A stretch of 64,000 nt of DNA, from IMG/VR virus record IMGVR_UViG_2562617057_000010, positions 1-64,000 of that record. One strand, 5' to 3'. Below are positions 53,033 to 62,115 of the stretch, piece after piece. Under the pieces are notes generated by a model that had not been told where the DNA came from, made no database searches, and saw nothing but the letters and a program-made list of their open reading frames with translations. The translations under genes and the position numbers were made by a program. How positions within the stretch are numbered: position 1 is the first letter of the stretch; every line of letters begins with the position of its first letter. This stretch comes from a virus (lineage: Duplodnaviria; Heunggongvirae; Uroviricota; Caudoviricetes).

Positions 53033-53566
53033 TCATTCTGGTTGTTCTGGAAACGTTACTGGCAGGCTGGAGGTGTCTGTGGATTCGACCTTCTGCGCAT
53101 AGAGCATCCACTCGGTTAATTTTTGTTTATTCTCGTCGGAAATGATGCCCAGCCGTAGCTGTGAGTCCCATAGCTGAGTTTTATCCCTGACAAGTTGCAA
53201 CAGACTTTGCTTTTCATTTTCCGCCTGTTGCCTCTGTTCTTCCCCGGTATAAGTTCGCTTTATCACTACGCCATCTTTGAACATCCATTTACCCGAAATA
53301 TCAGCCCGGCGATTTGCTGTAATATCAGGTAATTCAATGACGCTTGCGCCTTCCGGATTAATTGCTGAAACATCCTTTTCAATACAAATAATAACGCCGT
53401 TGTGGTCATAGACCATTTTCAACGTATCAGGCTGAAAGTTCTTTTGCTCCTCATACCAGTTTTTCCCATCCTCTGTATAAAGCCATTTGATGTTAAATTG
53501 CTTTGTTAGCTGGTATTGCTCTTTTGTTTCAGGATTACCAGCAGAAATGTTTTTTAAGTGCATCAT
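53033..53566 (-). CDS. Alternative tail fibre assembly protein U' (inverted copy)
   Basis: 177 aa on opposite strand, convergent with U, same fold family. Confidence 0.8.
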   Translation of the reverse strand: MMHLKNISAGNPETKEQYQLTKQFNIKWLYTEDGKNWYEEQKNFQPDTLKMVYDHNGVIICIEKDVSAINPEGASVIELPDITANRRADISGKWMFKDGVVIKRTYTGEEQRQQAENEKQSLLQLVRDKTQLWDSQLRLGIISDENKQKLTEWMLYAQKVESTDTSSLPVTFPEQPE

Positions 53567-53568
53567 CG

Positions 53569-54081
53569 TTAAATACTCCCCGCGTTATACCACGTTCCAT
53601 TAATGCAATACTGAACTGGCCTTGCCTGAGTTGTATCAATTAGTGCATCTCTGTTTGAGTTAACGGAACCGGTAACAACATAACCTGACCTGTCAGACCA
53701 GCCGGGACCATTCCATGTCTGAACAGATGACAGACCACCAAGGCGAATACCTGTAATAAACCTTGAGTTACATTCTGCCTGCGTATATGCGCCAACATCT
53801 CTCGCTGATGGCTTGCGTGTTGTGGTGTAAAACTCTGACCAGCCAGCCTCAAATCCATAACCATCACGCGCTGAACGATAAAAAATACCGCCGTTCTTAT
53901 AATTCACACGGAACTGTACAGCAGGGCAACTCCCCGTATTCATATTGAAGTGGAGTATTAATGCTGTTGCGCCTTTGATATCTGCATCATAAACACCGCT
54001 AATCAATGCAATATAGAAAACGACGATCGAATCAATTGAATCGATCGGTAATACAGATCGATTATGTCCTGATAACCACAC
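53569..54081 (-). pseudogene. Alternative tail fibre variable segment Sv' (no constant region, no adjacent gix or gin)
   Basis: ORF with tail-fibre C-terminus YCINGTWYNAGSI; 5' part overlaps the GATC cluster of the mom regulatory region, so coding extent is uncertain. Confidence 0.5.
54020..54062 (+). promoter_or_regulatory. mom upstream regulatory region with clustered Dam (GATC) sites
   Basis: GATC at 54025, 54043, 54056 within 35 bp, about 75 bp upstream of com. Confidence 0.6.
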
Positions 54082-54133
54082 TCACCCCATGATGTTTTTT
54101 AAGATAGTGGCGAATTGATGCAAAGGAGGTGAG

Positions 54134-54322
54134 ATGAAATCAATTCGCTGTAAGAACTGCAACAAACTGTTATTTAAGGCGGGTTCCTTTGATCACATTG
54201 AAATCAGGTGTCCGCGTTGCAAACGTCACATCATAATGCTGAATGCCTGCGAGCATCCCACGGAGAAACATTGTGGGAAAAGAGAAGAAATCACGCATTC
54301 TGACGAAACCGTGCGTTATTGA
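54134..54322 (+). CDS. com: Com zinc-finger translational activator
   Basis: 62 aa, CKNC...CPRC zinc finger, overlaps mom start. Confidence 0.85.
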   Translation: MKSIRCKNCNKLLFKAGSFDHIEIRCPRCKRHIIMLNACEHPTEKHCGKREEITHSDETVRY

Positions 54323-54968
54323 GTATGAAGGCCAGATTGTTGGCTATGGTTCAAAGGAGCTGCGCGTTGAAACCATATCCTGCTGGCTGGCCCGCACAAT
54401 CATTCAGACAAAACATTACTCCCGCCGTTTTGTGAATAACTCTTACCTTCACCTGGGAGTATTCAGCGGACGTGAGCTGGTTGGCGTTCTCCAGTGGGGA
54501 TATGCCCTTAACCCCAACTCAGGTCGTCGTGTCGTGCTTGAAACGGATAACCGGGGTTATATGGAGCTGAACCGCATGTGGCTACACGACGACATGCCCC
54601 GCAACTCTGAATCACGGGCCATCAGTTATGCGCTGAAAACCATCAGATTACTGTATCCATCAGTGGAATGGGTACAGTCCTTTGCAGACGAACGCTGCGG
54701 ACGTGCTGGCGTTGTGTATCAGGCGTCAAATTTTGATTTTATTGGCGGCCATGAAAGCACGTTCTACGAGCTGGATGGCGAGTGGTATCACGAGATAACG
54801 ATGAACGCGATTAAGCGCGGTGGACAACGAGGCGTGTATTTACGGGCTAATAAAGAGCGTGCCGTGGTGCATAAATTTAATCAGTATCGCTACATCAGGT
54901 TCCTGAACAAGCGAGCAAAGAAGCGGCTAAATACTAAGCTATTCAGGATTCAGCCATATCCGAAATGA
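54243..54968 (+). CDS. mom: Mom DNA-modification protein
   Basis: ORF overlapping com 3' end, last gene before the right end; true start probably internal. Confidence 0.75.
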   Translation: MPASIPRRNIVGKEKKSRILTKPCVIEYEGQIVGYGSKELRVETISCWLARTIIQTKHYSRRFVNNSYLHLGVFSGRELVGVLQWGYALNPNSGRRVVLETDNRGYMELNRMWLHDDMPRNSESRAISYALKTIRLLYPSVEWVQSFADERCGRAGVVYQASNFDFIGGHESTFYELDGEWYHEITMNAIKRGGQRGVYLRANKERAVVHKFNQYRYIRFLNKRAKKRLNTKLFRIQPYPK

Positions 54969-54983
54969 TCCCATTTAATGAAT

Positions 54984-55014
54984 AAAAAAACAGCGGTTAA
55001 TGCCGCTGTTTTAT
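54984..55014. terminator. Hairpin terminator after mom
   Basis: A-run, CAGCGG-TTAAT-GCCGCTG, T-run. Confidence 0.65.
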
Positions 55015-55089
55015 CTTGAATAACTTCCATATGCGCGCTTCTGGCTTATCTTGAATGATTTCCATATCTATCTTGAATAATTTTCCGCG
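55011..55089. repeat. Right-end transposase-binding repeats (3x TTATCTTGAAT)
   Basis: Copies at 55011-55020, 55046-55055, 55068-55077; reverse complement of the left-end motif, closely packed. Confidence 0.6.
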
Positions 55090-55100
55090 CTTTACTTTCG

Positions 55101-55802
55101 TTATACCGCCCGTAATGCGCGCAGACGGGCGGCTATTTTGTTTCGTATGGCGCGAACACCTGCTTTGGGAGTGGTGCTGTGCGCACGGGCCATCCACTCA
55201 TCGGCGCTACGTAGTTTCGCCACGTCGTAAATGGCGGCCGGGGTTGTCGGTTTGCCATCGCTGTCCCGTAACAGGTTAAGACCGGCGAATTTGTACCATC
55301 TGGCAACTATCTCTTCGTGCAGTGTCCAGTCTTTTTCGATATGGCTCATCACGCGGCTGAAATAGGGCTCGACGGAAAGGCCTTTATCAAACTGAATCTG
55401 TGCCCACTGCATGACCTCATCGGCGACGAACGTTGGCAAATCACGGTCAAAGCGTGGTGGCATGGGTTGATTCTGTCCGATGGCGATATCGGCCCATTCC
55501 AGAGCTTTGTCCATTTCGCCGGTATCAAACAGCCAGACGATGCACCAGGTAAACGGGATGTATTTGTACTCCTCGCCGCTTTGCAGCCACGCCTCAATCG
55601 TCGGCATCCAGCGCGGCAGCAGGGATTCACGCTTGAATGCCACACGATCGGCGTTGGTGGCGCAACTGCTCACAGCCCTGCAGTCGATTTCCAGTTGCGC
55701 CAGTTGCAGATGAAGACTGTCGCGTACGGTCAGTGCCTCGCGGTGTTCCATTGCCTGCTGCGCGGCCAGTCTGGCTCTGAACTTTTGCGCCGGAGTCTGC
55801 AT
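55101..55802 (-). CDS. M: Terminase small (endonuclease) subunit, P2 gpM-like
   Basis: 233 aa; stop lies 7-12 bp from the Mu-like right end. Confidence 0.7.
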   Translation of the reverse strand: MQTPAQKFRARLAAQQAMEHREALTVRDSLHLQLAQLEIDCRAVSSCATNADRVAFKRESLLPRWMPTIEAWLQSGEEYKYIPFTWCIVWLFDTGEMDKALEWADIAIGQNQPMPPRFDRDLPTFVADEVMQWAQIQFDKGLSVEPYFSRVMSHIEKDWTLHEEIVARWYKFAGLNLLRDSDGKPTTPAAIYDVAKLRSADEWMARAHSTTPKAGVRAIRNKIAARLRALRAV

Positions 55803-55813
55803 ACGTCAGTCCG

Positions 55814-56863
55814 TTACGCTGCCTGGTTTGGTTTCGCATGTTCAGGTGATGGCAGTCCTGCCAGTTCAATGTTGTCAAACGAACCGTAGAGTGCGTCATA
55901 TTCCACGGCGCAACCCTGCATACGCAGCCAGTTGTTTTCGAAGCGTTTGCGGTCATCAATCCATTCGGCACGGCGTTGCTGTGTTCCGCGCTGGAAGTAC
56001 ATATGCAGATTCCAGAGCGTGGTGACAACCAGGCGGTTATCCGGCATAAATGGCGGACTGAATGACTTGCGTCCGGCGATCTCACGGTTGATAAGCTGGG
56101 CGGCGACTTTTTCTGTCGGGCGGTCGATGCGGTTCAGCATACTGACCGTATCTGCTGCGATAATGTTCTGTGATACCAGTACAACCAGATCCGGGTGTTG
56201 ACGGAATTCGGGTGGAATGCAGGTATTGATTACATCGGCGGCAATAGCATCAACAGACGTAAAATCAGCCCCGGTTCCTGTACGGTTCAATACGACCTTG
56301 TCAGTAATGATCTGTTTTGGTGTGCGCGCTTTAACAATCTGATGCCATCCCGGGTGAATATCTTCCCCGTTCGGGCAGGTATCAGGATTGGTTTCATCTG
56401 CGGCATGTGTACCGTTCAGTGCCACGCGTAACAGGTCGTTGGTGACTGACTTGTAAAAGAACGCCTGAAGACGGTTATAGAACTCGTTTTCGGTGCCTGC
56501 GTTTGCCCAGTTGGTCAGGGTGGTGTAGTCCAGGAATGAACCGGAATCCACTTCGTAAAGCTTGTACTCGTTGCCTTCACTCCCCAGCGCTTTATTGAAG
56601 CGTCCGTCTTTCTTGCGCCCGGTATACAACCCCGGAATTCCGGTACTGACTACCTGGCCGACAAGCTGTTCGACCAGCATGACGGTGATCTTGCCCATGA
56701 ACGGGTCGGCATTCTCAATCAGGGCATCGCGTAGCAGGGTTTCACGCGGTGGGCTGATGGTAAAAAACTGTTGTGCTGTAAATACGCCATTGGCTTTTGC
56801 CATCGAAATGGCGTAATTACGCAAAAACTTTTGCGCCTGTGGTGATAACATCTGTGCGGCCAT
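55814..56863 (-). CDS. N: Major capsid protein, P2 gpN-like
   Basis: 349 aa. Confidence 0.8.
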   Translation of the reverse strand: MAAQMLSPQAQKFLRNYAISMAKANGVFTAQQFFTISPPRETLLRDALIENADPFMGKITVMLVEQLVGQVVSTGIPGLYTGRKKDGRFNKALGSEGNEYKLYEVDSGSFLDYTTLTNWANAGTENEFYNRLQAFFYKSVTNDLLRVALNGTHAADETNPDTCPNGEDIHPGWHQIVKARTPKQIITDKVVLNRTGTGADFTSVDAIAADVINTCIPPEFRQHPDLVVLVSQNIIAADTVSMLNRIDRPTEKVAAQLINREIAGRKSFSPPFMPDNRLVVTTLWNLHMYFQRGTQQRRAEWIDDRKRFENNWLRMQGCAVEYDALYGSFDNIELAGLPSPEHAKPNQAA

Positions 56864-56911
56864 TGGTTTTTTCTCCGGTTGGTCCTTTTGTCTGTTTTTC
56901 TCAACGACCGC

Positions 56912-58024
56912 TTACAGCGGCTCAAACTGTGCGGGTTGTCCGCCGGGTGCTACGCCCGGCATCGGTGTGCGCCGGGCTTCAATGGCCGAAAAACGCTGGC
57001 TCAGATTTTCGATTGCACTGGTAAGCGTTGTCAGTGTGGCGGCGTCGGCCTCATCATCTTTTTCCGTCTTTCGGGTACTGAAATTCTGCGCTGCGGCTGG
57101 TGCTGGCTGTTGTCCGCCATTACGGGCGGCGATACGTGCCTGGAGTTTTGCGGTTTCAGCATCCTGTGGCTGCACCGTAAAGGTGTTAAGTGCGGTCTGT
57201 AGCTCCGTCACGGCGGTGGTGTAGTTCTGGCGTGCCGTGTCGTCTTTCGGGTTGATGGCCAGTGTGTCAGTGGCAACGGAAAGCTTTTCACTCAGCTCCG
57301 CAACGTGATTAGCGTGAGCGCTGAAATCCCCGGTTACTGGCTGTGTGTCTGCTGTTGCGGATGCCGTGGGCTGCGCCGGTGCGGGTTGCTGTGCCTGTGG
57401 TTGCGTGTTCGCCTGCGCGTCAATTTTTGCCGTCAGAGTGACAATCTGGGCTAGCAACTGGTTCGCCTGTTCTTTAGTCATGGATTTATCCTCATGATGG
57501 TTTGTTGGGGTGTCAGCGACCAGCGTCAGACGCCCAAGACTGAACATTTCAATATTTCCAGCGGCGGCATACTGCGGACGTGAGCCCTGTGTGTTGTTTT
57601 CCACTGATTTGATTTCCATGCGCTGGGTTCCCAGACTTGCCGGACTGTCGGTTGCTGCCAGCCCGTACAGATAGGTTTGCCCGGTGTTGGCATAGTTCTC
57701 CCAGAACTCGCACGAGGTAAAGAGCTTCTGGCCGCGATCGTTAAGGTTAACCAGCGCCTGGTTAGGCTCCAGCTTCGCCATAAGGCGCAGTCTTCCGGCG
57801 TCTTCTTTAGCCGCCAGCTCGGAAACAAGCCCCAGATTGGGGGTAAATTCTCGCTCCTGAAGACTGTATACGGGGTGATTAGGCCAGATCATCGCTGTGT
57901 ATCTGGCGGTGCTGTAGTTGTCAGCGGCCTGCTGGATCATTTCGCGGGTAATGGGGCGACCGTCGATGGCGTAGCCTTCGGTTGCTATGCATATCCAGTC
58001 AGTGGTGTATTTCTGCTTTGCCAT
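56912..58024 (-). CDS. O: Capsid scaffolding protein, P2 gpO-like
   Basis: about 370 aa from ATG 58024; Ala/Gln-rich C-terminal half. Confidence 0.7.
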   Translation of the reverse strand: MAKQKYTTDWICIATEGYAIDGRPITREMIQQAADNYSTARYTAMIWPNHPVYSLQEREFTPNLGLVSELAAKEDAGRLRLMAKLEPNQALVNLNDRGQKLFTSCEFWENYANTGQTYLYGLAATDSPASLGTQRMEIKSVENNTQGSRPQYAAAGNIEMFSLGRLTLVADTPTNHHEDKSMTKEQANQLLAQIVTLTAKIDAQANTQPQAQQPAPAQPTASATADTQPVTGDFSAHANHVAELSEKLSVATDTLAINPKDDTARQNYTTAVTELQTALNTFTVQPQDAETAKLQARIAARNGGQQPAPAAAQNFSTRKTEKDDEADAATLTTLTSAIENLSQRFSAIEARRTPMPGVAPGGQPAQFEPL

Positions 58025-58181
58025 TTCATTACCGCTTTTTGATGTATCTGGCGGTATTATTGCGGCTGTTTTCGCGGGTTTCATTCGTTCTGAATCCGGG
58101 CTTTTCGTATATGATTTTATGTGCGAAAAATGCCAAAATTTAACGATATTTCAGAGTGTTATTGCTCTTTATGATGGGCGA

Positions 58182-60005
58182 ATGAAATATACCGAAGAAG
58201 TCAGGGACGCTGCCCGCGCCCTGTATCTGAAATTCAGTACACCAAAAGAGATAGCGGCCACGCTGGGGCTTCCTGTGCGTACCGTTTATAACTGGGCTGT
58301 CCGGGGGCAATGGAATGAAATGTTACCAGCCGAGTCGGTGGAAGTGGCTGTCGCTCGGCGAGTGGAACGACTGACCTGCAAGGATGGTAAAAGCGAGCTT
58401 GAGCTTGAAGAGCTGCGCTTCCTGATATCCCAGCACGTCAGGCTGATGGCGCAGAAGAACAAACATGCTGAACGGATGGAAGAGATCCGGGCGATGGTCA
58501 ATACCGGCGTGGTGGTCAATGATGGCCGACAGGGTAGCAGTGAAGAAGGGAATGACGAAGGTGGTAAAAAAAGGAAGCGACTACGTAAAAATGATGTCGG
58601 CGGACTGACAAAAGAAATATTTGATGAAAAAGCGAATGGTCATCTGTTTGAATATCAGCAATATGTGCGTGAGCACGGCGACGAACTGTTCCGCTTCATT
58701 CTGAAAGGGCGACAGGAAGGATTTACCTACTATTTTGCATGGGAAGGGTTTGAAAAGGCCGTTCTCACGGGCAAGAATCAGATATTCTTTTCCGCCAGTA
58801 AACCCCAGGCGGAAGTTTTCCGTTTCTATATTCTCAGTATTGCGCAGCAATTCTTTGGTGTCGAGCTTAAAGGCAACCCGATTCGCCTCAGCAATGGTGC
58901 GATACTGCGTTTTCTGGCGACCAATCCCAATACGGCGCAGTCCTACAGTGGCGACCTGTACGGGGATGAGGTCTTCTGGATATCGAAATTTGCCCGCCTG
59001 CATGAAGTGGCGTCAGCGATGGCGACGCATGACGAATTCCGTATTACCTATTTTTCAACCCCCAGCACTAAAACGCACCAGGCTTACAGGCTGTGGACAG
59101 GGGATGAATGGAAGGGCGACGATCCGAAACGTAAGGCGGCGGAGTTCCCGACCAGCAAGGAATTGCGTAAAGGTGGACAGGTCTGCCCTGACGGGATCTG
59201 GCGCTATGTCATCACAATGGAGGATGCGTGCGCTAAGGGACTCAGTGCCAGAGTTAACATTGAGAAGCTGCGTAACCGCTACAGCGCCACGGCGTTTGCC
59301 ATGCTGTACATGTGTGAGTTCACTGACTCCCGCGACACAGTATTTAAATTCTCAGACCTTGAAAAATGTGAGGTTGAGTTCGGCATCTGGCAGGACTTCG
59401 ACCCCTCCGCATTACGGCCTTTTGGTAATCGTGAGGTGTGGGGTGGTTTTGATCCGTCACGAACGGGTGATAACTCAACATTTGTTATTGTGGCCCCGCC
59501 TGTTGAGCCTAAAGAAAAATTTCGCGTGCTGGCTGTCTACCAGTGGGTGGGGCTTAACTTCACCTGGCAGGTTAAGCAGATTGAAGAATTAATGAAACGC
59601 TACCGGTTTACGCATATCGGGGTGGATATCACGGGTATTGGCCGGGGTGTTTATGATCAACTGGTACGCTCCGCACCGCGTGAGGTGATGGGGATTAACT
59701 ACAGTGTTGATAATAAAAATAAACTGGTGCTTAAGATGATTGACCTCATTGAGCGGCGACGTATCCAGTGGGTGAAAGATGCGGTTGATGAGGTGACAAA
59801 AGAACGTGCCGATATCCCGCTGGCATTTATGGCCATCCGCCGTGTAATGACTGCCAGTCAGAACGCAATGACGTTCGCCGCCGAACGCAGCGAAACGACC
59901 GGTCACGCGGACGTATTTTTTGCCATATCGCACGCGGTCTGTAATGAACCGCTCGACTATGAATATGACCGCCCCTCGGTGTGGGCATTCGGGAAGGCTG
60001 CATGA
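58182..60005 (+). CDS. P: Terminase ATPase (large) subunit, P2 gpP-like
   Basis: about 607 aa from ATG 58182; divergent from O. Confidence 0.75.
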   Translation: MKYTEEVRDAARALYLKFSTPKEIAATLGLPVRTVYNWAVRGQWNEMLPAESVEVAVARRVERLTCKDGKSELELEELRFLISQHVRLMAQKNKHAERMEEIRAMVNTGVVVNDGRQGSSEEGNDEGGKKRKRLRKNDVGGLTKEIFDEKANGHLFEYQQYVREHGDELFRFILKGRQEGFTYYFAWEGFEKAVLTGKNQIFFSASKPQAEVFRFYILSIAQQFFGVELKGNPIRLSNGAILRFLATNPNTAQSYSGDLYGDEVFWISKFARLHEVASAMATHDEFRITYFSTPSTKTHQAYRLWTGDEWKGDDPKRKAAEFPTSKELRKGGQVCPDGIWRYVITMEDACAKGLSARVNIEKLRNRYSATAFAMLYMCEFTDSRDTVFKFSDLEKCEVEFGIWQDFDPSALRPFGNREVWGGFDPSRTGDNSTFVIVAPPVEPKEKFRVLAVYQWVGLNFTWQVKQIEELMKRYRFTHIGVDITGIGRGVYDQLVRSAPREVMGINYSVDNKNKLVLKMIDLIERRRIQWVKDAVDEVTKERADIPLAFMAIRRVMTASQNAMTFAAERSETTGHADVFFAISHAVCNEPLDYEYDRPSVWAFGKAA

Positions 60006-61057
60006 GTAAACGTAAAAGCGCACGCCTGCGTAAACGGGCACAGACAGAAAATTTTACTCCCGGACGCGGCAATATTATCACTTTTGGGGAGCCGGAACCG
60101 ATACTGACTACCGGCACGGAATACATCAACGTCTGGTATAACGGTAGCTACAACTACTGGACACTACCAATAGACAGACTTGCGCTCGCGCAGTTGCCGA
60201 ACCTTAACGCCCAGCATGGCGGCGTACTGTATGCACGCAAAAATATGGTGTGTGCCAGCTACCAGGGGGGTGGACTGACGACCGATCAGATGGAAATGGC
60301 TGTCTTTGACTACCTGCTGTTTGGTGATGTGGCCATTCTGAAGGTCCGTAACGGGTGGGGACGGGTGGTGGCGCTGGCACCATTACCGTCTTTGTATCTG
60401 CGTCGCAGCAAGCAACTTGATTTTATCGTGTTACAGGAGGGCGAGCCGCTGGTCTATTCGCCGTCTGATGTTGTGTTTTTACGTATGCATGATCCGCGAC
60501 AGCAGATTTATGGACTGCCTGATTATATCGGTGGTATTCATTCAGCGTTACTGAACAGTGAGGCGACCATTTTCAGACGTCGCTACTATCACAACGGTGC
60601 GCATATGGGGTTCATCATGTACGCGTCCGACCCGAATATGTCTGTTGAGGCTGAAGAAGCTATACGTAAAAAAATAGAGAGCGGTAACGGGCTTGGGAAT
60701 TTCCGTAACATGTTTATCAGTATCCCAAAAGGGCAACCGGACGGGATTAAAATTATTCCGGTTGGGGATATTCAGCAAAAAGATGAGTTTTCAAATGTGA
60801 AGAATATCAGCGCTCAGGATGTTCTTACGGCGCACCGCTTTCCGGCTGGTCTTGCCGGTATTATCCCGCAAAATGCGAGCGGACTTGGCGATCCCGATAA
60901 GGCAAGGACAACCTATGGACGGGATGAAGTGACACCTGTCTGCCGTAAATTCATGCAGGCTGTGAACAGCGATCCCGAAATCCCCCCGTCGTTACACCTT
61001 AATTTTACGCTGGAAGATGTGGAAAATGTGGTGTCTGCGCTGGCTGATGAAAAATAA
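60002..61057 (+). CDS. Q: Portal protein, P2 gpQ-like
   Basis: about 351 aa, start overlaps P stop. Confidence 0.75.
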   Translation: MSKRKSARLRKRAQTENFTPGRGNIITFGEPEPILTTGTEYINVWYNGSYNYWTLPIDRLALAQLPNLNAQHGGVLYARKNMVCASYQGGGLTTDQMEMAVFDYLLFGDVAILKVRNGWGRVVALAPLPSLYLRRSKQLDFIVLQEGEPLVYSPSDVVFLRMHDPRQQIYGLPDYIGGIHSALLNSEATIFRRRYYHNGAHMGFIMYASDPNMSVEAEEAIRKKIESGNGLGNFRNMFISIPKGQPDGIKIIPVGDIQQKDEFSNVKNISAQDVLTAHRFPAGLAGIIPQNASGLGDPDKARTTYGRDEVTPVCRKFMQAVNSDPEIPPSLHLNFTLEDVENVVSALADEK

Positions 61058-61119
61058 CCCGAAAAAGACTATATTACCCCTGCAACCGGTCAGATTGTGG
61101 GGGGGTTATGGCGGGTGTG

Positions 61120-61383
61120 ATGAAAATTGAATGTCCGGCGTGTCACTGCCGGGCGGCTATACGCAAAACTGCATGGCAGGATGACGCAAAAACGCTGGCG
61201 GTAGTTTATTGCACCTGCACTAATTCTGACTGTAATATGCGTTTTTCGCTCAATCTTTCCGATCTTCGCGTGATTTCACCCAGTGACCTGCAAACTGATG
61301 GTGTCGTTAAAGCATTGCTCCAGCGCCTTAAACCAGACGAAAGGCAAATGGCACTGGATATTCTGCTCAGTGATGGCGCGTAA
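61120..61383 (+). CDS. Ogr/Delta-like zinc-finger transcription factor, putative
   Basis: about 87 aa with CPAC...(23)...CTCTNSDC zinc-finger spacing. Confidence 0.5.
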   Translation: MKIECPACHCRAAIRKTAWQDDAKTLAVVYCTCTNSDCNMRFSLNLSDLRVISPSDLQTDGVVKALLQRLKPDERQMALDILLSDGA

Positions 61384-61438
61384 GTGCCATTCTGTGGGGC
61401 GGTGGATCTTCCGCTTCCTCGCCCTGACAGACTCACCG

Positions 61439-61687
61439 CTATGCGGTTCGCCCGGCATTTCTGAAATCAATGTGCAATAGCTCCAGTGCGGCTTCTTTAT
61501 CAGCACCCGTTAATTCGAGATAATCCCAGAGGCTGGCGCATAAACCACAGTTTCGCGAAAATATTCCGTCTGGATTTGCTCCGTTTTTCAGCCACAAATC
61601 ATAAGTAATATAAAATCCGTGAAGTTGTTGCCTGATATTTTCTTTGATTTCCTGTACTGGCACGGTGTCTGGTAATTGCTCTCTCAT
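61439..61687 (-). CDS. Hypothetical protein downstream of replication gene
   Basis: 82 aa. Confidence 0.35.
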   Translation of the reverse strand: MREQLPDTVPVQEIKENIRQQLHGFYITYDLWLKNGANPDGIFSRNCGLCASLWDYLELTGADKEAALELLHIDFRNAGRTA

Positions 61688-62115
61688 TGTGGATCTCTCC
61701 TGTGTTGTGCCGGTCTGGCGAATGAAGGGTGCTGCGATGAAAAGACCCTTCGCGCCAGTGCGGCCTTGCGATTGACGGCAGTCAGTGTTCTGGCCAGCGC
61801 GACATTGTGTTTGCGGGCCTGCTCTTCGTGGTACTTCTGCATGATTTTTCCGGCCGGGGTGAGCGGCTCCGGTTCTTCCGGCGAACGGCGTGGGCGAACG
61901 GCAATGGTCCAGCTCTGATATTCACTGCCCGGTCGCCTGTTAAGTATGTCGGTGATGGTGGTTGTGGTGGTGCGATCGGGGCTGGCCACCGTGATTTCCA
62001 GTTCGTCCCCGGGCTGTGGTCTTGTGGCTACGCCTCTCAGTGTCATGGCTGGCGTGCGCTGGCGCATAACGGCGTCGAACTGCTGACGCTGCATGGTGCA
62101 GTGAAATCGCGTCAT
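61684..62115 (-). CDS. Hypothetical protein downstream of replication gene
   Basis: 143 aa, start overlaps stop of upstream gene. Confidence 0.35.
   Translation of the reverse strand: MTRFHCTMQRQQFDAVMRQRTPAMTLRGVATRPQPGDELEITVASPDRTTTTTITDILNRRPGSEYQSWTIAVRPRRSPEEPEPLTPAGKIMQKYHEEQARKHNVALARTLTAVNRKAALARRVFSSQHPSFARPAQHRRDPQ

Larger units (their letters stand above)
18727..55088. mobile_element. Mu-like transposable prophage (about 36.4 kb)
   Basis: Mu gene order c-ner-A-B-gam-gemA-mor-C-lys-head-tail-S/U-U'/Sv'-com-mom; three ATTCAAGATAA-type repeats at each end in inverted orientation; flanking GCTTT direct repeat (18722-18726 / 55089-55093); ends +/- 8 bp. Confidence 0.8.

Noticed and set aside
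53004-54133. Searched for a gin-type serine recombinase and a second gix next to U'/Sv'
   Set aside because: No ORF of suitable size or motif, and no inverted gix. Only a weak direct-orientation resemblance at about 54012-54040, which is not sufficient.
57987-58181. N-terminal extension of the large terminase ORF
   Set aside because: Overlaps the divergent scaffold gene; internal ATG at 58182 gives a P2 gpP-sized product.
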